DNA from: Octopus sinensis
Taxonomy: Eukaryota
Length of the DNA stretch: 64,000 bases
Reading direction: 5' to 3'
Assembly (NCBI RefSeq): GCF_006345805.1
Contig: NC_042998.1
Coordinates: 120,652,001 to 120,716,000, forward strand
A model generated the notes under the pieces. The model did no database searches. It saw nothing but the letters and a program-made list of their open reading frames with translations, and was not told the origin of the DNA. The translations under genes and the position numbers were made by a program. Every line of letters begins with the position of its first letter. The first letter of the stretch is position 1. Shown one piece after another: positions 54,804 through 64,000 of the stretch.

Positions 54804-55029
54804 CAATTGCAGTGTGGAAAGTGTTTATAAGCCATTAAAGAAACACACAAAATCCATTAGATTCACTTCAAAATTCACTGTCAAAATTCTGTGCAGCATG
54901 GAAATTTGTCAGTGAACAGTCTCAAAGCAACGAAAATATTTTGACAAATTAAATTTAAATGTTGAAGTGAATCTAACGGATTTTGTGTGTTTCTTAAATG
55001 GCTTATAAACACCTTCCACACTGCAATTG
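54804..55029. repeat. Fold-back: 68-bp inverted arms with an inner hairpin
   Basis: 54804-54871 is inverted to 54962-55029; inner inverted repeat at about 54874-54917. Confidence 0.8.
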
Positions 55030-56559
55030 TTTTCGTTCCAGCACATGATCTCAGATCAGGTCACTTGCTATGCAAGTACATCTCTGTATTTATTGATTTA
55101 TAGTGAAAATTACTTTCACTTCATTAATTAGCCTATAAAAGTGTATTATTACACTGAATATGAAATCAATTCAAACAGAAAATTGATGCTGGCAACCAAA
55201 CAGAAAAGATCCCCCAAAAATAGTCTCAAAAATGTGAGAGTACTAAAAAATTTCTGTTATATTATTAGTAGTAAATAATATATCTATTTATTATAACTAG
55301 CTGAACCCATGAAAAATTCATGGAAAACATTAAAAACAACAACTTCCAAATCCTGTGATCAAACTTTAAACCTCTATAACTTTTTAAAAACATTTTTCTG
55401 GAAAAAATGAAATAACTCCAGCATTTCAGTTGGGGCAAGTGTATTATTGTGCCAGCATCAGAGTAACCAGTGAACATGGAAGGATCAACACCAGGAAGGA
55501 AGAAATATTATTTACATATATTTATTCATATGCCTGACAGCTAGTTGGGGACAGTAGTGTTTGTAGTGATAGCGAAATTCTTTTTTGATAGTGACAAAAA
55601 GGTTGCTATCTGCCAGTAGAAAGGGAAAAGTAAGGAATGCACAGTGCTGACTAGAAAGGAAGAAAGGATAAAGGTGGTTCTGCTCTGATTCACTGTATGC
55701 AAATGAGTTCATTACTGGGGTCCAGAACTCTCATGGGAAAAAAAATTTCATGGCACAAACCATGATTATCAGCACCAAAATCAGACTTCAAAAAGTAATT
55801 AACCATTTAATGGTTTTAGTAAATTTATACAGAAAAAGTAAGCATTATACCGTCCAGCATATATTAAAGTCAACTTCATATTTGAGCCATTATTTTTTCT
55901 GTAAAAACCTTTTCTGACATTAAATGAGTCAACTTCAAGTACAAATATTTATGTTTTGTACGTCTTTTTGCAACAACAGAAATTTTTTTTTAAATTCTGG
56001 AAACAATCTACTCATGTAATTTACGCACCCAATAAAGTTAATTTTAATGAAAAAAAGTGCGTAAATTACACGGGTCTTTACAGTGTATTCATGTGTTTGT
56101 GTATGTATGTGTGTGTGTGTGTATGTGATAACTGTCTGATGTTTACTCAGATAAAATTAAATTGTCATGAGACACTAGAGAGCTACAAAACATTATACTA
56201 ACATACTTTTATGGGGTTATTTACAATGTTGTAAGACATACCATTAGTTATGTTTGATAGAAAACATATCATTTACCAGTAAACAATAGATTAAATTTTT
56301 CAAGTCATGGGGTATCAAAATAGATTGAAATAGGTTAAAATATATATAAACAAGATCTGATAAGGAAAGACAAAAACACCAAAATTTCACAAAAAACTTA
56401 TTCTTTTTTATAAAGTTGTCCAAAACTGAATGAATGCAAGCATAGCACTGTAGCTGAGAAGCTTACTTTGCAACCATCAAAAGAAGATATCCTTCCTCAG
56501 AATCCAGCTCTTTGAAAAACCTATGTTGACTACTACATCAACTACATATTACTATTACT

Positions 56560-56572
56560 ACTGCTGCTGCTG

Positions 56573-56605
<33 letters not shown>

Positions 56606-56625
56606 GTAGCAGCAGCAGCAGTAGC

Positions 56626-56660
<35 letters not shown>

Positions 56661-56710
56661 CAGTAGTAGTAGTTACAACAACAACAACAACAATAATAAT
56701 AATAATAATA
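56560..56710. repeat. Compound trinucleotide microsatellite (CTA/CTG/TAG/CAG/CAA/TAA)
   Basis: Seen directly. Confidence 0.95.
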
Positions 56711-57233
56711 GTTTCAAATTTTTGGACAAGGCCATCAATTTCAAGGGAGGGAATAAGTCGATTACATCATCCCTAGTGCTCAGCTGGTACTTATTTTATC
56801 GACCCCGAAAGGACAAAAGGCAAGGTCTACCTCAGTGAAATTTTAACTCAGAATGTAATGACAGACGAAATGCTGCTAAGCATTTTGCCTGATGTACTAA
56901 CCACTCTATCAGCTCACTACTTTGATAATGATGATGATGATGATGATGATAGTAACAAGAGCACTCACAGGGTGCAAACCTCCACCAATGCAACACCACT
57001 GTCCTCTCAACAATTAACTGGAGATGGTTTTTAAAATGAGAATATCTGAAATAAATCCTTCAATGAATATCATGAGACCTTTTGGTTTTCTCTTCTTTTA
57101 AATTCACATCTTCCTTTAGTAATCCTGTTGTTTTAGATCAATGTATAGAATTGTGCATATATGTAAATATACTGTAAAGTGTTAAAATATATGTATAATC
57201 TCCTAATATAATAATAAGCGTTGTCTTTTTACA

Positions 57234-57298
<65 letters not shown>

Positions 57299-57486
57299 AT
57301 AAATAGTAAATTATAGTATATACATATATATATACATGCATATATGGGTACATAACATCACTAACAGTTCAAACAACATGAAATATGTAAACAAACTTGT
57401 CCTGTTCTCCATTTTTTCTTCGTAGTTTACATATTTCATGTTGTTTGACTCACTGCTGATGTCATGTACCCATGTATGCATGTATG

Positions 57487-57528
<42 letters not shown>

Positions 57529-57529
<1 letters not shown>

Positions 57530-57590
57530 TAGCTTAAGGTGACCCGCTCTATGCGCGGGTAAGAGTGTGGTTGTTATTTTCTGTTGCATC
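57529..57590 (-). mobile_element. Helitron-like 3' end
   Basis: Hairpin acccgc(57542-57547)/gcgggt(57555-57560) about 9 nt from CTAG (57529-57532), abutting (TA)n. Confidence 0.55.
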
Positions 57591-60500
57591 CTTTCGGCAC
57601 GTAAAAAGCACCATCCGAACGTGGCCGATGGCAGCGCCGCCTTGACTGGCTTCTATGTCGGTGGCACATAAAAAGCACCAACCGATCGTGGCCGCTGCCA
57701 GTGCCCCTCCCCCCATAGCACCTGTGCCGGTAGCACGAAAAAAGCACCCACTACAATCACGGAGCATGATTCCTAACAAACAAAATATATTTATTCACAT
57801 AATGTTACATTTTGTATAGGATTTGCATATTTAGGAAAAAATATTTGGATTACCATTTTAAACTTGTTAATTCTATTTTCCAGGTTTTATTCAAAAGGTT
57901 TATGGAATTCTTATGCTCCAGCTGATGGTTACTCTTGGCATCATAGCACTTTTCCTTTATGTGTAAGCTTTCCAATTGTTTTTGTTTATTAACAGATGTC
58001 ACTCAAACATTTTGCTGTAAAGCAATGCAATGTCATGTGCTGCTCGTATTTTTAGGACAGTGCTGTTACATAAAAATGATTTAAAAAGAAAAAAAAGACA
58101 TTCTACTGACTCATTCACCAGTATGCTTTAACTACTGGCTCACACAAACAGTATCATTGTTTTCTTTCTCTTCTACATCTTCTGCAATCTAAACTAACAA
58201 ATTGTATACCATCTCTACCCAAGCTCATTTGATGTTACACCTGTCTACCCTGCTCTTATCATTCCAACTGATCCTCATTCTGTAGATGCAAGACCTTTGC
58301 TGTTCTCTATTTTCTGGCAGATGTCTACTTTATAGAAACCAGATATCCACTACATCAATCTCACATATCTTAGAGGGCCTACAAAGGTCATGGTAACTAA
58401 TTAATATAAAACCAGTATATACACAATAACTATTGTACATCTGCTTTTCATTCTGGTATGGGTTGGACTGATCATTACATCCAAGTGTATTCTTTTTTAG
58501 AGTTACTGTCCTTTAGATGAATTGGGAGGGGACTATTTTTTACTCGTATATTCCATTTTTAGCATGGTCAATCCGATGGGATCTAGTGGCCTTTAACCCG
58601 TTCTCAATGCCAAAACCAGACAAACAAACTAACAAACAAATAAACAAACTTTTCGCATTTCAGATTTATAATATAGATATATATATATAAAATACATTAT
58701 TTACTAGTTATTATTTAATTGAATACCATGCATCCATTTCCAAGTAAGCTTATCTTCACCTTTTTGATGTGACTCTTTTCTCTACACTGTTTTCTTCCTT
58801 CATCCTTCTCTAATTCACTTTTTCTCCCCCTCCCTCGTTCACCATTTTCTATCTGTCTCTCTCTCTCCCTCTTTCTCTTTTACTCTCTCTCATTGTTCAC
58901 ACGTGACCATCATTCATCTTTCTTTTCCTCGCGTGACCATCTTTCTTTTCCTGCACAGACGTTCAAAAGAGCAGCTGTCTTTTTTCTCTCTTCTATCTTT
59001 TCTCTTTTCAAAAATGTATTTCTCACAGCATTCACTGTTTTCCTCTCATTCTGGTCTAACGACCCTCCATGTTTGTTTTGATTCGGTTTCCTTGTATGTC
59101 TCCACTGTAATGCTTCTGTTCCCAACTTTGACCCTCCATAAATCCTAAATTTTATTTTAGAATTTATGGGAGCAACTGTCTTTGAAGACTCATATTGTCA
59201 TTGAATGCTTGAAATGAGGATAGACAGCTGACAACTAATGAAGGGACATTTCTCTGTGTTTACTTGTCCTGTTCTCCATTTTTTTTTTTTGTATCTTACA
59301 TATTTCCTGTTGTTTGAACCATTGGTGATATCATGTACCCATATATAAGGCAGTATAGTAAGGTTTGAGAATGATTTAGCTCCTATTTCTAGCAGGCCCA
59401 GCGACCAGTTAAAGATACTCTCATTCATTTCAGACATTTCCTTACATGTTCAATGTAATGATAATATTGACTTGTTATGATCTCTAACTGATTCTATAAT
59501 TGATACAGATTTTGTAGTTTAGTAGTGGTGTCCTTCATCTTTGAAGACATTAAGAAAATTCAGCCAATGAGAGAGCCCTTGCAAAGTCACTTGACTTGGC
59601 AGAAATAGCAACCAAATCCCCCTCACATCACATCTTTATTCATTTTCAAATGAGGTGTTCATTCCCTTTGTTTTTCATATAGCAAACAATTTGACATGTT
59701 TTTATGGCAGATGTAAGCAATGACACTGTCTCTTAAGCAGTGAGATTGTTTGACATGAAATTATGTAAACACTGTCGATACACACACACACACACACACT
59801 TATGAGTAAGACGTTTATGTAAGCATTAAAAGTACATTGAAAATGTAGTGTACAAAACAGATAAAGACATTCTGGGAGGAACAAGTTCTTACAAGTAAAG
59901 GGACAGAGTAAAGTGAAAGAAGAGGGAAAGTGAGCATGAAGGGAAGGCCAGGAAATGTGAGAGTGGGAGCACGAAAGAACAAGGAGTGGAATGAATGAAG
60001 TAAGTGTGAAAGGGCTGATAGACAGAAGGAAAAAATAGAAAGAATAATATATCTAAATTTCATATATATTAATTTAGATATATATATATATACTTACATA
60101 TAAGAGACCAAAGTGTAAGTATGCCTTCTTTCTACCAGCTCTTTCACACTTCATTTATTCCACTCTTCGTTCTTTTGTTCCCCCTCTCTCACGTTTCCTG
60201 GCCTTCTCTTCATGCTCACTTTCCCTCCTCTTTCACTTCACTGTGTCCCTTTCATTCTTTTTCTCGCCCCTCCTTAATTCTTCTATCCCTCTGCCTCTAC
60301 CTTTCTCTCTTCTCTCCCCATGTGACTGGTGTTTGGCTGAGCCTGACCTTTCTTTCTTGGTTTGACTACCATCCATGCAACATCTATTTTCCTCCCTGTG
60401 CCTGTCAAAACTAATGTCACTGCCGTAGGGATTTACTTCCACACACGCCAGTTTAATATAATTCGTCCTTAGTCGAAAGACACCTGTTGTTATGTCCTGT

Positions 60501-61103
60501 TATTTGCATTTGTATTTGTGTAACATTTCTCTGTTTTTCCATCCTTGTTTTTGTATACATTTACTGTTTTCTTCCAAGGAATCTAATGCTCTTAGCTTAG
60601 TTTTTCCTTGGGGTTGGCCAGATTGGAGCAATCTCGAGTATAACCAGCTGAAATTGCAAAGATAATCTGGAAATTGACTGAGGATAGAAAACTCAAAATG
60701 ACCCATCCTTGTTTTCTTTGTATCATCTGTCTGGATGTTTTGTTGTCCCTTTTTTGTATCACCTGTATCACCTGTCTGGATGTTTTGCGTTCTTGTCCCA
60801 TTTTAGTATTTTATGTGTGAGTGTGCTTGAGTGTCTATGTTTGTTCCTCCCCACCAACATCACTTGACAACCGATGCTGGTGTGTTTACATCCCCATAAC
60901 TTAGCGGTTCAGCAAAAGAGACTGATAGAATAAGTACTAGGCTTACAAAGCATAAGCTCTGGGGTTGATTTGCTTGACTAAAGGCGGTGCTCCATCATAC
61001 AAATATACATATATGATGTAATATTCCATGATGGTAAGATCAACAAAAAAGTACTCCATCTGGTGAGAGATAAATACTATGTAATAGACACAATACATGT
61101 TTT

Positions 61104-61162
61104 TATGTGCTACTAATAGTTTCATATGTTGAGAAATACCTCAAACATATCCATCAGGCACA
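61104..61162 (-). ncRNA. Type I hammerhead-like motif in the inverted pLTR
   Basis: Minus strand reads UGUGC-CUGAUGG-AUAUGU(15 nt)ACAUAU-GAA-ACU(AUU)AGU-A-GCACA. All three stems pair and the site is GUA; A9G change in the core. Confidence 0.65.
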
Positions 61163-61862
61163 AACCACATATCATAATGAACTAAAAATTGAATAAGAGA
61201 AGAAACGTGAAAATTTGAGAAGGAAGCATACAGAAAATGTAGAAGGTTAAAAATTTGAAAGCGAAAAGTGAAAAAATGAACTGTTGAGACCCAGGATCCT
61301 GTCCACTTAACCAACAATGTATGATTAAATCTTTCATATATAAGGCAGAAGTTACTGAACACTAGATGAAAATACAACAGTTAAGAAAACCAATATTGGA
61401 TTATGTGAAGGAGAATTTAAAAATTGCCATGCCAATCACATAATCTTCATCTGATATAAGGACAAAGGTAATGCTACTATGTTGGCTAGCCACATATGTT
61501 GTTTGGAATCTAATGCAACACCACATGTGATTAAGTGGAAAATAATTGAAAATCCACACCTTATGTTAACAGATCAAATAAATGTAAGCTATATTTAGCT
61601 GAAAGAGCTCAGATCCTTTTCAGATTTAAAATCCCTCACTATTGAACTCTAGATCTGAAATTTTCAGCAGTTGCAAACAAATGTCTAAGTATATTTTGAA
61701 GAATTGGAAAATTCCACCTATTCCTGATTAACTAGTTGATATCTTTCCAGCCTTTACCTATTTTACTTTTTCCATTTTTTAATCTCCCATGTTTTCTATA
61801 CACTTCCTTCTCAATTTTTCACATTTCTTCTCTCATTCAATTTTTAGTTATGATATGTGGTT

Positions 61863-61917
61863 TGTGCCTGATGAATATGTCTGTGGTATTTCTCAACATA
61901 TGAAATTATTTGTACCA
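61863..61917 (+). ncRNA. Type I hammerhead-like motif in the direct pLTR
   Basis: UGUGC-CUGAUGA-AUAUGU(15 nt)ACAUAU-GAAA-UUAUUUGUA-CCAC. Core and stem II intact; stems I and III mutated relative to the inverted copy. Confidence 0.55.
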
Positions 61918-61954
61918 CATAAAAACATGTATTGTGTCTATTAAATAATATATA

Positions 61955-62886
61955 CAAGGTCTGATTAATAAGTATCGAGACTGTTGCCATAGTAACAAAG
62001 CTAAAGCACACAGAGTGAAGCCACTTGGCAAAGATTGACCTTGAACTCTGCTGTACTTGTGCACTAAGTTATAACATTCTAGCCTACTACTGCTGTTTAC
62101 AGCAGTGCTTGGAAGAAAAGTGTGTAGCACATGATCATCACACTGAATATGACAGAGAAAGTTATCATGGCAATACCTGCTCAGAGGCCTAGGCAAAGTT
62201 GCAGAAAGTCTATGGAGACGTGTGTATGAGCCACACACAGGTGTACGACTGGTTCAGACGTTTCCAAGATGATTGAAAAAATGTCGATATTGATGTATGT
62301 TCTGGGAGACCCACAACCAGCAGACTGAGAAAAACATCGTAGATGTGCATGCAGATGTGAGGGAAAGTTGTCAAATCACCAGCTGTGAGTTATCAGAGGA
62401 TGTGCTGATTAGTCACAATTCAGCTCAGTCAATTATCACAGAAGATTTGGGTATGAGATGCGTGTCTGCCAAGTTTGTGCCAAAACTGCTTTCAGCTGAC
62501 CAAAAGACACTCAGGTTTCAGTTGCACAAGATATTGATTGTCTCAAGAATGATAAAAACTCTTTGAAAACTTTGTGTAGACCTCTGAGTAGATATCACCA
62601 AGCTTTTGGCAAAATGTGATGCAGATTCTCTGCTCACCTTCCTCTGTCATGGTCAATGTGATGATCACACGCTACACACCTTCCTTCCAAGCACTACTGT
62701 AAACAGAGGAAGTGAGCTAGAACATTAAAACTTAGTGTGCATGCACAGTGAAGTTCAAGGTCAATCCAAGTGACTTCACTCTGCATACTTTAGTTTCATT
62801 ACTATGGCATACTTTACATACTTTAGTATGTGCATACTTTACATACTCTGCATACTTTAGTTTCGTTGTTTATTGATCAGACCATG
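61955..62886 (+). mobile_element. Non-autonomous mariner-type element with long inverted ends
   Basis: TA on both flanks; termini caaggtctgattaataa / ttattgatcagaccatg; about 200-bp subterminal inverted similarity. Transposase N-terminal remnant: QVYDWFRRFQD...SGRP and ITEDLGMRCVSAKFVPKLLSADQK. Confidence 0.82.
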
Positions 62887-62944
62887 TACATTGGACTGCT
62901 GAACTCTACACAGTTTTTCTCTCTCCATTTCTTTCCTCTTATTC

Positions 62945-62980
62945 CTTTCTGTTGAAGAGTGTAGGCTCAAAACATAAAAG
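62945..62980 (+). ncRNA. Degenerate hammerhead-like motif
   Basis: CUUU-CUGUUGA-A-GAGU(GUAG)GCUC-AAA-ACAU-A-AAAG. Stems I and II pair; G12 and the stem III CpG appear mutated. Confidence 0.45.
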
Positions 62981-63146
62981 ACTTTTGTAATTTTCCTGAG
63001 CTTTAAACTAATACCCCTGCTTGTTTTTGTACACCTGTCTTCGTCTTTTGTTTATCTGTAAATTTGAAACTATATGTGACCTCGTGTGTACCGTTGGCGA
63101 TTTCTTTTCCTCTGTCTTCCCTTCTCGGGATCTTTCCTCCTCCTAT

Positions 63147-63181
63147 GTTTCCGACGAAGAGCTCCGCTCGAAACGTTAAAC
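63147..63181 (+). ncRNA. Minimal type I hammerhead-like motif (same family as 13406 and 13846)
   Basis: GUUU-CCGACGA-A-GAGC(UCC)GCUC-GAA-ACGU-U-AAAC, with a perfect 4-bp stem I; predicted cleavage after 63177. Confidence 0.72.
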
Positions 63182-63277
63182 CCTCCTTCTTCCCTTCTTT
63201 CCTGAGCGTCCAATAATACTATATTTGTTCCACGTCCTCGCGTTGTTGTGTTTTTTTGTGTTTTCTTGTTTGGATTA

Positions 63278-63317
<40 letters not shown>

Positions 63318-64000
63318 AAACAATAAATTAACACAAGGTTTGTGGCAATCTAATAATGCATATATCTTGTACAATATGCAAGTACAAAAATATTGAAAAT
63401 GTTCCACATATTTATGACACATTACATGGTACTGCAAAGGCTTTGTGTGAGACACATATAATTGTTGTTTGTTTATTCAGAGGGATGACTTAACAGTTCT
63501 TAGCAATAAATGTCACAATATAACTTTTGCAAACTCATTTGGTTGCAAAGAATTACAAAAGAATAGATATATTATCTAAATACCTGGACCTGGGAAAGCT
63601 GTATTGATGGTTTCTCATCAAGGGTTGGCTCCATAGGTCGACAGACCATATTGTTTGAAAGTAGAATATTTTCTGTTCCTCTTACCACATCTTATCTCAG
63701 TAGACCATCCCCTGCAATTTTCACACACTGGCATTATTAGGTTTGCACCAACTGTATAGCTCGCAAGACAAGAAAAATGGATGACTTTATTAACAATGAG
63801 TAATCTCCAGAATGTTTAAAAAGATGTGTGAAAACCCAGACAAAGACCACACAAATCTCTTGCAAGATAAGTGTACATAAAACTATTCTGGATTACTGTA
63901 AAATTTCCAGTTCCCATGGAATGGGAGTGTTTTCTCACAAGGAACCTCTAGTCTCTTTCCAGCTTTCTATTCAAACTCACACTTATTTTTGTTCCCTAGC

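Larger units (their letters stand above)
61078..61947 (+). mobile_element. 5'-truncated Penelope-like element: GIY-YIG remnant between inverted pseudo-LTR copies
   Basis: NC*DPGSCPLNQQCMIKSFIYKAEV...NIGLCEGEFKN...ATMLASHI...IKWKIIE...YVNRSNKCKLYLAERAQIL...LLNSRSEIFSSC (61279-61710). About 190-bp inverted repeat: 61078-61275 vs 61760-61947. Confidence 0.85.

Noticed and set aside
57340-57480. Inverted repeat with cagtgagtcaaacaacatgaaatatgt, possibly an old hammerhead-bearing pLTR (related sequence near 59260-59340)
   Set aside because: The core would need several substitutions and cannot be supported without a family consensus.
60670-60710. ctgaggatagaaaactcaaaatg as a hammerhead candidate
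   Set aside because: Stem II and the GAAA motif are both broken.

Overview
AT-rich, repeat-dense animal genomic DNA. The repeat landscape and the gene suggest a coleoid cephalopod, probably Octopus; this is an inference. The only host gene I can support is the 3' end of a Trio/Kalirin-family gene on the + strand. Six exons (2739-24047) and a short probable terminal exon (28137-28154) splice in frame with GT-AG introns into a complete Ser/Thr kinase domain (GRGRF, AAK, HLDIKPEN, DFG, APE). Upstream of these are an FN3-like exon remnant with two in-frame TAGs (131-228) and a candidate 36-nt micro-exon. The rest is transposon-derived or simple repeat. It includes a 5'-truncated but nearly intact CR1-type LINE antisense in an intron, four decayed RTE LINEs and many RTE 3' tails, two Penelope-like (GIY-YIG) remnants, Tc1/mariner, hAT, piggyBac-like and Helitron pieces, tRNA-derived SINEs and long (TA)n arrays. 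The most interesting signal is a set of about nine type I hammerhead-ribozyme-like motifs from several distinct families. Two identical copies sit 440 nt apart on the sense strand of a kinase intron, which is a retrozyme-like layout. Most of the long ORFs in the supplied track are microsatellite or repeat artefacts. All alignments and folds were done by eye.
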